Shown here: piece after piece, positions 21,290-33,980 of the stretch | How positions within the stretch are numbered: the stretch's first letter is position 1 | Layout of the letters: the number at the start of each line of letters is the position of its first letter | Source: Octopus vulgaris | Lineage: Eukaryota | Reading direction: 5' to 3' | NCBI GenBank assembly: GCA_951406725.2 | Contig: OX597816.1 | Location: 78,554,001 to 78,618,000 of the forward strand | DNA length: 64,000 nt | The notes under the pieces: model-generated | What the model was told of the DNA's origin: nothing | The model's input: the letters and a program-made list of their open reading frames with translations, nothing else | The model's database searches: none | Position numbers and translations under genes: made by a program

Positions 21290-21608
21290 TATATATGAAA
21301 GAAGGTTTGAAAAGGCAATTTTAAAAGGTTTTTATTCACTTGACCGGTTTCACTGTTTTAGAAAAAGATTGTCAAAAGTAACATGTAAAAGCTTGGTTGT
21401 GTTAGGTACTGGTTGTCACAAAATACTGCAATACATATATACATTCTTTAATAACAAGAACATGTTAGAACAGTTTACATGTTAGAACATGTAAGAACAG
21501 TTTACAAGGGAAAATCTTACTTTTGACAATCTTTTTCTAAAAAAGTGAAACTGGTAAAGTAAATAAACATCTTTTAAGATTGCATTTTCAAACCTTCTTT
21601 CATATATA
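21290..21608. repeat. Fold-back element with about 90-bp inverted arms ending in (TA)n; possible Penelope-like pLTR remnant
   Basis: 21290-21381 is the reverse complement of about 21517-21608; arms carry GAAACnGGT and AATAAA; the loop has short AGAACATGTT/AGAACAGTTTAC repeats. Confidence 0.8.
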
Positions 21609-21643
21609 ATTCCACTCATGCAGTACCTTACAATTCCACTTTG

Positions 21644-21678
21644 TTATATATATATATATATATATATACATACATATA

Positions 21679-21758
<80 letters not shown>

Positions 21759-21765
21759 GTATGTA
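21644..21765. repeat. (TA)n/(TATG)n microsatellite
   Basis: Directly visible. Confidence 0.95.
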
Positions 21766-24700
21766 CAGGTGTGATGGGTGAATTGTCGCCATTTCATATT
21801 TTCAATTGCGTGCATGTGCATTGTTTGTTCTTGATTTTGTTGACTACACAGCATAATAGGGTCAGTTGGGTACTGTCTGTGAGAAAAACCATTTTGCCAG
21901 AAACTCGGAAACAACATGCTGTACTGCTTTGCATTTGCACCAGAAAGTGCAATACGAACATTTCAAAGTGTTTAGGTCTCAATCTGAGGACAATGCAGAG
22001 GATTCAGGAAGAGTTTGGTGAGTCTGATGGTGATTACAAAGGTACAGCAGCTCAGAAAACTCACTCTGATCATTCTGATAAGAAAAGTAACTCCTGAATT
22101 TGTTGGTGAAATCCAGGCCATGATTGACAATGATCTCTCCAAAGATCAGATGGTGAACACTCAGAACAACCATTGACTTGCCATGTTCCAAAACATATAG
22201 TGAGAATGATAAAAATTAAACATCCAGTCAACATCATGATGTTTGGAGTGATCACTAGTGATGGTGATGTTATGCCACCATTCATCTTCCCACATGGCAT
22301 CAGACTCAACATGGAGGCTCACATCAAGTGCCTGGAGGAGGTACTGCTTCCCTGGATCAAGAGGGCAGTTGATGGAAGACCCTATGTCTAGCAATAGGAC
22401 TCTGCACCATTCCATACAAGCAGGAGACCCCAGTCAAGGCTGTCAGACAATTTCTGTGACCACATCCCTGATAACCTGATAATCAATAAGGTGATTCTGC
22501 TAGCCAGATTAATTTCATCCTCACCAGACAGTGGGATACAGGGTTGCTCTTAAATTCAAAGCCCCTCCCCCTCCCAGCGAAGAATGTCCCCCACCAGCAT
22601 AGACTAATTATTAGTAACTTTAGACTTGAGGCCAGAAGGATGCCAAGAAGCAGACCAATCTGGAAAAGAAGGATTTGGAAGCTAAAGAACCCTTCATATG
22701 GTCAGAGATTTAGGGACATCCTCCTTGAGAAATTTGATGAGAGGGAGGAGGAGCTACAGACTTGTGACATAGAGGGCAACTGAGAATTCCTGTAAGACAG
22801 CTTGTTGAGTACCACAGATGAAATCTGTGGTTGGTGCAAAATCCCCTCCAGACCTAGGGTAATATGGTGGTGGAACAATACTGTAGACAGGGCCGTTAGA
22901 GCAAAGGCTAGGCCTGGAAAGCCTGGAAGAGATGGGGTAGCAGTGAAATGTATCAGATTGCCAGAAGAGAAGGTAGGAGACAGGTAGATATAGCCAAGGG
23001 AGAAGCAGAAAAGAAGTTTGCCATTGACAGCAATGTGAGGACCAAAGAACTGAAGTATTTCGGATTGCAAGACAGTGTGTGAGAGAAAATTGTGACGTCA
23101 TAGGAGAGAAATGTGTTCACATGGATGGTAGTGCACTTGCATTTAATGATTCTGCAAAGAAAGCTGCTTGGAGATGTCATTATGAAAGACTGCTGAACGT
23201 GGAGAATGAATGGGAAGAGGAGAGTCTGTCAAAAGTTGAGCTAGTTGAGGGACCAGCTACCTGAATCAACAGTACCCTGGTAGATAAAGCAATTAAGGAT
23301 ATGAAAACAGGGAAAACCTCAAATCCATCAGGAATCACCACTGAGATGCTTAAAATATCTGGAGGTGTGGGTTATAATCTAGTCATCCTCAAGTCTAATG
23401 TCACTAATAACTAGTCATCAGGTAGTTCACGAAAGAGTCATACCCAATAACTGGTGTAGCAGCACCATAGTCAACTGCTACAAAAGTAAAGGGGATTCTT
23501 TATATGGAAATAACTACAGGAGTATCAAATTGCTGGATCAGGTGATGAAAGTTATGGTGAGAGTCATAGTGCAACTAATTAGGGAGAAAATTAGTCTAGA
23601 TGAGATGCTGTTTGATTTTGAGCCAGGCAGAAGCATCAGTGATGCTATATTTCTGGTAAGGCAACTGCGGGAGAAATACCTAGCCAAAGATAAACCTTTG
23701 TACTTGGCTTTTGTTGACTTGGAGAAAGCCTTTGACAGGGCCCCCGATCCCTTATCTCTTGGTCAATGTGGAAACTAGGGATAGACAAGTGGTTGGTAAG
23801 AGCTGTACAAGCCCTGTTCAGGGATGCTGCTAGTAAGGTGATGGTTGGCAAAAGATATAGTGAAGAATTTCGGGCAGAAGTAGGAATTCACCAATGATCA
23901 ATCCTCAGCCCTCCTCTTATTTATCATAGTCCTCTAGGCAATAACAGAGGAATTCAAGACAGGGTACCCCTAGGAGCTTCTCTATGCTGATGAACTTCAT
24001 CTAATAGCTGAGTCACCAACAGGAATAGGGATGAAGTTTCAGCTCCTACCTCTATTAGCAACAAAGGGCCATTTGCTCAGAGTGAAAGTTAGACTGTATG
24101 ATGCATATGCGCAAACAACCATGCTACACGGCAGTGAAACATGGGCAATAACTGCTGAGAACAGGCGCAGGCTTGAAATAAACGAAGCTAGTATGATACA
24201 CTGGATGTGTAATGTCAGTGTGCATATACAACTGAGTGTAAGCGCCCTGAGAGAAAAGTTGGACATAAGAAGCATCAGATATGGTGTGCAAGAAAGACAA
24301 CTGCATTGGTATGATCACATGTTGCATATGGATGAGGGCAGCTGTGTGAAGAAGTATCACACCCTAACAGTGGAAGCGACCTGTGGAAGATGTAGACCCA
24401 GGAAGACATGGGATGAAGTGGTGAAGCATGACCTTCGAATGTTGGGCCTCACAGAGGCAATGACAATAGACCGAGACCTTTGGAGATACACAGTGATTGA
24501 GAAGACACAGTGCCGCCTGACTGGCACCTATGCTTGTGGCATATAATAAGCACCATTCGAACGTGACTCGATGCCAGTGCCCCCTCACGGATCCCCATGC
24601 CAGTGGCATATAAAAAGCACTATCCAACCCACGCCAGCATGGAAAACAGATGTTTAAACAATGATGATAATGATAATGATGATGATGATATCACCCTTAA

Positions 24701-25049
24701 CATCTGGCAACCTAACTCCTCACACTGCAACCCCCTTGATTATTATGTATGGGGCGCAGTTGAGTGAGAGACCAAAAAAAAGGAAAACTTCTAGCACTAA
24801 AGATAAACTGAAAGCAAGAATTATGGCAGCATTCACCAAAGTAAACATGGAGAACAGAAGAGTTGCAGGAGATTCTGAAGTCGTCTGGAGGCCGTGGTTG
24901 AAACCAATATCGATTTTATTGAATAAATTTAGTCTTTAGTATTTCAAGATATCTTTATGTAATTTTGGTAAATACATCTGTGAAAATGAGATGTCAGTGT
25001 TATTTTCATTTTTGCGTAATTTAGACAACATTTTATTCACTGTACCCTG
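21766..25049 (+). mobile_element. DD37D (maT-type) Tc1/mariner transposon, internally deleted and split by an RTE insertion
   Basis: TA|CAGG...CCCTG|TA ends; MMFGVITSDGDVMPPFIF; removing 22467-24689 restores D-SAPFH...DHITPNIWQPNSSHCNPL-DY with 37 residues between the aspartates. Confidence 0.85.
22467..24689 (+). mobile_element. RTE LINE, 5'-truncated and internally deleted, nested in the maT element
   Basis: NYRSIKLLDQVMK, YLAFVDLEKAFDR, LLYADEL, RPRKTWDEVVKHDLRMLGLTEAM, (GAT)n tail 24661-24689. Confidence 0.92.
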
Positions 25050-25463
25050 TAAACACACACACATTAATATATAGAGGGTGCAAAGTAGCACCAGCAATTA
25101 CTAAAAATATGAGTCAAAATTACTCTAAAAGCCACAAAACACACAAACCTCATTATATTTACTGGAAGCAGGCAAAACAAGCTAAAACAATCTTTCCCTT
25201 GTGAGATAAACTCACAAAAAGAAATAGTTGGACAAAGCTTTATCATGTGATTTCGAAATCTAACCATTAAGGTGTTGTTTCTCCTCAGAAGCATCTACCA
25301 ACCACTCAGGATTAAAGATATAGCTTACCTTGTAATATTACATGAGGAGAGAAAACCGTTGGTAAGCAAGCGCCAAAATTCAAATGGCTAAAAAGCATAT
25401 TATCAATATGAGAAGATACTACAATGATATATTAATATATCAAGATATATTAAACACATTATA

Positions 25464-25714
25464 TTGGGTTGGTGAATATTTATTGCGGCTTTTTTTCAAC
25501 AAATTTTATTCAACAAAAACAATAACAACATGTAACAAAAACATCTTTAAATGATTATTCCAGAGCATATACACCATCTACTTCAATTACTGCTTCTCAT
25601 TTACTTGGCAGACGGTCAGATCATCATTTAAAGATGTTTTTGTTAAATATTGTTATTGTTTTTGTTTAATAAAATTTGTTGAAAACAAGCTGCAATAATT
25701 ATGCACCAACCCAA
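25464..25714. mobile_element. Mariner-derived fold-back MITE
   Basis: TA|TTGGGTTGGTG...CACCAACCCAA|TA; inverted arms about 90 bp; the centre holds a transposase C-terminus remnant on the minus strand (LPSK*EAVIEVDGVY). Confidence 0.88.
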
Positions 25715-25905
25715 TAGAATACGTGGCTTGCTAGCAATTAAAAACCAAAAGAGAATTAATAGATAAAAGGTGCTAGTTTTCTCGAGAGTTTACCATTTGT
25801 GCAATAACATTTGCCACATCAATTATATAATGAAAGGAAAGAAAACATCTTTTATTAAAAAGATATATGGCCATGAAAAAGATAATGGACAAAATAAACA
25901 CTTAC

Positions 25906-26013
25906 GGCAATTCATTTCATCACTACCATCACTACAATCATTGGTTCTGTCACATACTTTAGATTCACTATAACAATAATTATTTTTACACTTTCTTGTT
26001 CCAGCTGGACACT
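25906..26013 (-). CDS. Exon: LDLa module 1 ([36 protein letters not shown])
   Basis: tatttcag| acceptor, TGCC|gtaagt donor, 108 nt, phase 1-1; canonical CDxxxDCxDGSDExxC. Confidence 0.95.
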
Positions 26014-26581
26014 CTGAAATAATAGAAAATAAAAACAGAACATTTTAAAAACATGTAATTAAATGTAAATACTTAAAATCTAAACAAGTTGATGTATTTA
26101 CTTGATTACAATTTTTGCTTTCTATGAATCAAAACAATAAAGGAAATATTTGTCTCAATTATTTAAGAACCACACACACACACACATACACACTCTCCCT
26201 CTTCCCCCTCTCCTTCTTCCTCTATTCCTCCCCTTCCCCTCTCTCTTAGGATAACCTCACATGTATAACATTTCTAAGACTTCTTTACAAAGAATTCTTC
26301 TTCAGAGCCACAATACACTTTGTCTCCAACCACCTGGTGACTTAACAAATCTCAAAGGATATCTACACTTGGAGTATTGTTCACATATTGAAAGTGCTGC
26401 TGCTTTGTTCATACCAATGCAGTCGCTTCTTTTCTTTATCCCATCTACTGATACTGCACCAAGTTTCATTCTGCTAAATCATCTATTTCATTAATCCCCT
26501 CCTTTCATCACCCTAATATGCAAATATTTTGGGAGTTGGATGAAAGTTATAAGCTTTACATTTAAGTGTTCATATTGACTA

Positions 26582-27063
26582 CACTGTGTAACAAAAATTT
26601 TATTTGTTCTTGTCTTTGGTCAGTAAGTGTTATTTCCTATTTGCTTCTATTTAGAAATTAAAGGAAATGACTACTATTCCCCTCAAACTTTGCTTTTGTG
26701 ACCTAGATATCAATGTTTTGAAACTGACCTATTTTTCATTACATTTCAGGCAGACTGAGTTTCTGAAGCAGAAATTCTGTTATGATAAATATTCTGCTCA
26801 ATACCACAGTTTTGCTTGTCAGTTGCTTGATCTTAACCACTTGAGCATGTTTGCTTAGTGGTTGACTATATGTGCATCACTGATAATGAGCAGGAGCAGT
26901 GGAGCATCATCATAGACATGTGTCAAGAGAGATTTTTTGGAATTTGAATAAATGTAATAAAAGCAAAGTTAGAAGGAAATGTTAGTCATTTTTTTTTTTC
27001 TAGGGGTAAGTAAACAGGAAATAACAGTTGCTACCCAAGGACAAAAAATCGTGTTACACAGTG
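26582..27063. mobile_element. Tc1-like non-autonomous element with long imperfect TIRs
   Basis: TA|CACTGTGTAACA...TGTTACACAGTG; inverted similarity extends about 110 bp (TGTTATTTCCT, AATGACTA, AACTTTGCTTTT). Confidence 0.75.
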
Positions 27064-27649
27064 TTTTACATGTGGCAGGAATAATTAGTAATTAGATCAC
27101 TATATTTGATGTCACGATTCGCAAGAAAATTACCTATGTCATTAAAAAAATCTGAACAATAAAGACTTCACATAAAACTGGCTCCAACAGCAATTTCATC
27201 ATTTGGCATGTTTCTTTCTGTGCTTAATCATCACTATATATTCAGCAATAAACAGGTAGTGGATGAGAGACATTAGAAGACAGTAGTGTGACCAGCAGCT
27301 AAACAATGAATGAATGATAGTAGCAACATAAGGACTAAAATTTTATCTCCAAACACTGTCAATGTTTTGTTGTTCATAGTAATGGCAACATTATTCTTTT
27401 GTTTACAAAAAGAATAGATATTTTGTCATTCAGAAATATACAAATAGATATCAGTGTTCTTCTTCGTAACAAGTAGTAACCCTGCAAAAAGAATGTCTTT
27501 GTCTATAGGACATTGTGCAGCTTTGCAATTTGCAAAACACTTATAGTGAATGTATTGCCACTTTACTGATGGTAGTCACCAGTTTAGTGAGTTGGTCACT
27601 AGTATGGTGAGTTTGCTATCTATGTAGCTAATGTGTAGCTATAGCCCAA

Positions 27650-29970
27650 TGGAGTGTTCACAATCAGGTTGTTGACTGGATTGAGGTGGACACTGCACTG
27701 TGACATCTTTCTCTTGCAACATCAAAATGCTGCCACTGGTCCTCTTCAAAGGCAGTTGCTGCTCATGAAGTGAGAGATCTCTATGTTTATTTGTCTGTGG
27801 CAGAAGCTTCAAGTTCCTGTGAACTAAAGCTGCTCCATTTGAGATTGCTTTTCAGAGTGTCTTTGTACCTCATTTTAGGCCTTCCTTGTTTGCATGAACT
27901 TGCCATACAACAGCCGTCTGGGTCAGTCATTCTGATAACATAGCCAGTCCAGCCTTAATGAACCTTCAGCAACATTGACTCAATATTTGTTGAACAAGCT
28001 CTGTCCAGCGCTTCTTGATTTATCACTCTGTCCTGCCAGTGAATGTACATGATCCTGCACAGTACCCTTGTGTGAAACTGTTCTAGTTGTTTGATGTGCC
28101 AATGGTATGAGGTCTATGTTTCATATCTATAAAATAATGTAAAGATGACTATAGCCTTGTTGCTCTTGAGTTCTGCTGAAGGATTTTCGCTTTCAGTGTT
28201 CCAAGTGCTTGGCTGGCTTTGTGGATTCTGGATGAGATTTCACTATCCAATGATCCATCAGCTGAAATTGTGCAGCTCAAAGTACTTGAAACACTTAAGC
28301 TGGACTCCCTCAATGGTGATGTTTAGCTGGGGGTGAATTGTGTTCAGAGCTGCTTGGACTACAATCTCCATTTTCTCAAGGTTGATGGTCAGTCCAAAGA
28401 ACCTTGATGCTTCTGTAAGGCAGTCAACAATGGTCTGTAAGTGATTTTTCTTATGTACCATAAGGGCACAGTCATCTGCAAATAGGGCTTCAGTGATGAG
28501 CTTTTCTACAATCTTGAGTTCAAATAGAGAGTTGGTGGAGGTCAAAAACTGAGCCATCTAAGCGATATCTGATGTATATGCCCATCTAGGTCTTTCATTG
28601 TGTAAAGTAGGACCTGTGTGAAGAATAAGTTGAACAACTTGGGGGTGAGTATGCAGCCCTGATTCATATCACTGGATATATTGAAAGAGTTGGTGCAGTT
28701 ACCATTGCAAAGAACTTGACCAGTGATATTATCAAGAAAGAGTCTTATCAGTGTGGTGAACATGTGTGGGTAGCCCAGCTTAGTTAGGATTGTTCACAAA
28801 GCTTCTCTCTTGATTGTGTCAAAAGCTTTGGTCAGGTCTATGAACATGGAATACAAATCTATTGTTCAATACACTTCTCCTTGACATAACACACAAAAAC
28901 CCCCATGTCTATGGTGCTGCAACCAGGGCAGAAGCCACACTGGGGTTCAGGCAAGTTGCTCTCAGATATGTTGGTGAGGAGCCTGTTGAAGAGGATGCAG
29001 GTCAGGATTTTTTCAGCAATGGAAACCAGTGAAATGCCCCTGTAACTTCTGCAGTTTGATTTGGCTCCTTTGTTCTTGTAGAGTGTAATTATGGTGGTGT
29101 CATGGAAGTCTACTGGCATTCACTCTTCCTCTCAAATGGATACAAAGATGTCATGGAATGCACTGAGAGCTGTAGTACCAAGTGCCTTGTACAGTTTTGC
29201 AGGAATTCTATCTACTCCTGGAGCTTTGCCACAACTCTTTTTTTTTTATGGCAGTCTTGACCTCAGCTACACTTGGCGGCAGGTCAAGATCTTTGAGTAG
29301 AGGCTTCTGAGGTATTCGCTGCTATGCTTCCTGGTTGACTGTGGACAGTCAGTTTAGGCATTGGTTGAAGTGCTCCTCCTATCTTTCCCTGTTGTTGATG
29401 ATTACTGAGACATCAGCAGACATCACAGGGCTGTTCCATTTCTGGAGGGCCGTAGATGACCTTGATAGCTAGCACTGTACTGCATCTTAAAGTTGTTGGT
29501 GTCGACATAGAGTTGTGTCTGTCTTGCATGTTATGAAGTTCTATCTGAGTTCTGATTTGACAGTCCCTGTATCTGTCATGCTGTGAGGAGCAGTTTGGGT
29601 GGTTCTGCCAATCAGTGTAGACCTTTCTCTTATCATCCAACAATGCCTGTACAGCCTTGTGGTTATCATCAAACCAGTCCTAACGAAGTTTTTCTTTTGG
29701 GCCTAGAACTATTTTGACTGTCTCTGTGATGACTCCATTGAACTAGTTCCACTTTTCCTCTGGTTCCTATCACCTTGAACTTGTCACCTAGTATTACAAG
29801 CTTGTCATTAGTAGGCATGTCATGTAACAGTGTCCAAGTCATCATAGAACTGCTCTCTGAGGTGGGTTTGCCAGTTTAGTTGCTGATGATCCAACCATGT
29901 GATAGGTTGTATTGGGATACCAGCATTGCTCAAGAGTGACCAGTAGTGCACAAGAGCAACCTGGCATAAC
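27650..29970 (-). mobile_element. Decayed RTE-clade LINE of a second family (FADD type, no PHD insert seen)
   Basis: LYKNKGAKSNCRSYRGISLVSIAEKIL, QCGFCPGCSTIDM, QGCILTPKLFNLF, LFADDCAL, FGLTINLEK. Confidence 0.9.
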
Positions 29971-31048
29971 TATGTAGTATATATACATAGAAAAATGGCA
30001 TGAGGAAATAACCCAAATGAAAACAAGACACGTTTTAACCTAAAAATGTCACTTTGTAAAGTACATTTTTCTCTCCTCATTGTATGTAGGTGACTGAAGC
30101 TAGTGATGCAAGTACTTTTCTGTGTAGCTGAAGCAGTTACCAGATGTTTATACAGCCAGATGTTCATCTTTCAATTTATTCCTATTAGATATACTTTTAT
30201 CATCTCTATAGATATGGTAGTTAATAGTAATAATAAAAAAACAATGGTCACATTTGGGCATAATGGTATAATGCAATGATCAATTTTGTGAAAAAAACTG
30301 TTACTGACAGGATAACTTCTTTATATATTTTGAAATCAGCAGGTAAAAATTGATCAATTCCAACCAATACATAAGAAACTATGTTTTGGTTGTAGCTCTG
30401 TGAAATAAATAAATAGAAAATTGAGGATAATTTCTGGAATTTTCAGTCTGTCAGTCTAATAATTCTAGTATTTTATCATCATTGCTGTCAGCTGTCAGCT
30501 ATGCTCCTCTCTTTTGAGACACATCAGTATCACTTCACATTTCATATCTTTAATTCTCAACTGTTATCTCAAGTCTTTCTCTGAATATGTTTGTTCAAAT
30601 TCTTACTGATCTTCATTAGATTTGTCTAAAATTTGCAGTATATTACCACTTATAAACAATCAATGCTTTAGTCTTTTGTAGTGTTCAGGTGTAATAAATT
30701 TCATTGTTAAAAAATAGGTGAAATGCTTAAAAACTAAAAAACAGCATTATTTGTAAACAGCTTAATTCTGCACTGATGACATAACCTTACTTTCAATTGA
30801 CTAGATTTTTAACACAATTCCTTCTAATTTGGTTGAATGTCAAGAGGGAAATTCCTGGTAAAAAAGGAATATAGAAGTTTAAGCAAAATTTTATCCAATA
30901 TAGACTCACTAGTGTAATTTTATAAAAATTATCAGAGCAGCATGGATCTGTTCACACTACACAAACATAAAAGTCTAATAAACAAAACATTTTTATTTAG
31001 TTTGATATAACCAGAATTTCTAAAACTTGAGTAAATTTAAAAGCTTAC

Positions 31049-31366
31049 CTAATTGTAGACAATTAGTTTCTCTGATGTAGACATAATCAAGTAAAACTTC
31101 GCACGCTCCATAGCTTACACTTTTTGCCTGGAAAACGAGTTTTGTAATCTCTTGCTGAATATACACTTGAGCTATTCCCCATGGAGTTGTATCATCACTC
31201 ACCATACTTAAAATAGTGTTGTTGTTAAAGGCATTATAGATGGTCAGCTTGCAATTTTTGTTGATTATCTTATATCTAATTTGTACACAGCTGTTGGTGA
31301 TATTTTCAGTTGGAGATGCCAAATTGCTTTCACTATAGTAGAAGAGTGTAGTTTTCATATAAAAGC
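31049..31366 (-). CDS. Exon: MAM domain 3, C-terminal part (GFYMKT...LASP...SCVQIRY...W...VLLDYVYIRETNCLQL)
   Basis: ttctctag| acceptor, TTAG|gtaagc donor, 318 nt, phase 1-1; GxYM, LxSP, CVxxxY and LDxVxI...C. Confidence 0.93.
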
Positions 31367-32014
31367 CTAGAGAAAAAAAATTTGAAATTTTATTCATTAT
31401 GTAACATAGACAAACTAAATGTGATTTAAGTCATCTTAAAATAGTAAAAAATACTTTCTCTGAAAATTGGTAATAATTTGGATTGTGAGAGTAAATTCTA
31501 CAACTGACAGGAGATCACTTGAAGAATCTGAATTCTTTGTACCTATTTATAGTAAAGAATACTCAGGCATTTTGGAGTTAAGTACATTGGTCATGAATAC
31601 TATGTTGTATCAATGATAGGATACAAAGGACTGTCCTCTCAACTGAATGATTGATAATTAATCAACATAGTCTACCATAGTCTCCTTTAACTATTCTTTG
31701 TATGGAACCTATTTGCAGCTGGGAGAGCTAAGTATCTTAATTATGGATATAGCACAGCGATGGTGATAGAAACCAGCTAAAAATACTTTCACTTGTATGA
31801 TGATACCTTATTGATTAGGTCTGCTGCAAAAATCCAAATAACTGCTGATCCAAGTTATTTGTTGATTTTCTTTTTTTTAGCAATAAAAAATAATAGGAAC
31901 AATATAAAAGGAACACAAACAAATATATGTTTGTTGTGTGAAGAGTCTTTTCTTTTAGTGTTTCTCAGCATTTTTGTACACAGCATGTATTTACGTGTGC
32001 ATGATGTTGTTGTT

Positions 32015-32172
32015 TCCTTGGTTGGCATTAGGAAGGGAATCCAGCCATAGACACCAAGTAAAATCACATTGGAACTTGGTGTAGTTCTCCAGCTTGCCAG
32101 TTCTGGTCAAACTGCCCAATCCAAGTCATTTTAAAATGTCTGTTTTATGATGACAATGACGAGGATGATGCA
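32015..32172 (+). mobile_element. RTE-related 3' end fragment
   Basis: GGTTGGCATTAGGAAGGGAATCCAGCCATAG...GATGA tail, the same motif as other RTE 3' ends. Confidence 0.6.
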
Positions 32173-32655
32173 TGCATGTATGTGCATATGTTCATGTGTA
32201 TAGCAAATATATGCAATCAGTGAAACTGATATCCTTCACAAAATTAAAACTGTTTGTCAAATATGTAGATCTTTAAGAGTCAAAGATGCAATTTCCTTTT
32301 AATGATAAACTGATAAGTGATATAAAATGATATAAAAGTTATATAAGAGCATAAACATCAAAATACCTCAAAGCGATAAATGGTGCAAACCAAACAAAAA
32401 AAAACAAAACAAAATATTTATCAAGGCTTCAATGAGAATTTACCTATGTCCATGCAAAAATATCAATAATGTAGGAAGGTTTGAACAAGTAATTGAATCT
32501 TAGCTTTAGACTCAGTTTTCCACAAGTTTACTTCTTTATATTTGAAGCCCCAAAATCAAAGATAACTAACTGAACACATAAGTCTGCTGATAAATATACA
32601 TTCATCAGAAATAAAAGAAGGCTCATGCAATATAAAATAAAGAATAATTACTTAC

Positions 32656-32766
32656 CATCTGTTAGGTTAGTATCATTTCTTGAATTTATTCTTTCCCATG
32701 CTGGGTAGTAAGTTAAGTTGCTATACTGGCATGTGCCTTCTGTGAAACCACAGGAAATATTTCTGT
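32656..32766 (-). CDS. Exon: MAM domain 3, N-terminal part (DRNISCGFTEGTCQYSNLTYYPAWERINSRNDTNLTD)
   Basis: cattaaag| acceptor (the nearby cag is phase-incompatible), GATG|gtaagt donor, 111 nt; SCxF-x4-CxY...W. Confidence 0.88.
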
Positions 32767-33784
32767 CTTTAATGAAAACGAGGAAAAAAATCAACAACAT
32801 TATTTACTTCATGTCATAAAATATTCTCAAAACTGAAAAAATAGCTTGTTATTGTATACAACAAATAAACAAAAGCATTGAAATCAGAATGTTTGAAATC
32901 AGAAAAGAATGAGGTGAGCACGATCCTTTTGATGTGTAATATTAACTTAAGAGAGGAGAATCAGTAAGTTGCCAAAGACATTAATCAGTCTGATGTTTCC
33001 TGCCTGTCTGTGAGCCCTATCTTAGTCAATCATGCAGATCAAAAATTTGTAAGTTGGGTAGTCAACCATTTTAAACTGAGGACTACCTACTGGATCTCTA
33101 TTCACTATACTAATGAATACTCTATCTAGGTATGATCTCGCTGACACACTATGGTTGTTTCATGATGTCATATTTGGGAAATCCAGCTAGTAGATATTGG
33201 AAAGGTCTGATCTGGTTTTGATGCTTTAGCATCACTTCTAAAGGATTAACCCTATACAGTCTTAGTAAGCATCTAAAATATGGAATTATAACAAACAGAA
33301 GGCTGTTTACAACTTACTACAATTCATTGATAATTTTATTGATAGAGTCAAGCCCAAGAAATCAAAAGGAAATATTGTTTTAGAATCATATCAGTTGCCT
33401 TTATTTTGTATTTCCTTATACAGTATTCATAAATTGTTTATGCAAATCACTACCTTGTTAATAAGTGTTTCTCTTTCTTTAATTAATCATTAAAATGTTG
33501 CTGATTTGTTGTTTCATTTATAAGAACCACAAGAAATTATTGATGCAATTTTGGCTTTTTGTCATGTATCTTCAATCATAAATGTTATGTTGTAAATAGC
33601 TGTACATTTGTGTTTCATTTGTATATAAAAAACTATAGTTAATCAACTACAACTATCAACAACATCAGTAGTTACTAGCTCAATAGTAAACAGTTGTAGT
33701 TGTTAACTTTAGATCCCTTATGTCTTATAAGTCCTCTCTTTTATTAACAATAGTAACACATCTATTAGGCAACTTGTCAAGTGC

Positions 33785-33980
33785 ACAAGTGGTTAGCTGA
33801 ATTGTTAGAATGTTGGACATACTGGCTTGTAGTATTTGTTCTAACTCTTTATATTCTGAGTTCAACTTCTACTGAAATCATGTTTGCCTTTTATTCCTCT
33901 TGGGTCAATAAAATAAAGTACAAGTAAAGTAGTGGGGTTGATGTTATCAGCTAAACCCACCCTTCAGAATTGTTGGGCAA
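33785..33980 (+). mobile_element. tRNA-headed SINE, family A (degraded)
   Basis: TTCTGAGTTCAA, GCCTTTTATTCCTCTTGGGTCAATAAAATAAAGTAC core. Confidence 0.6.
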
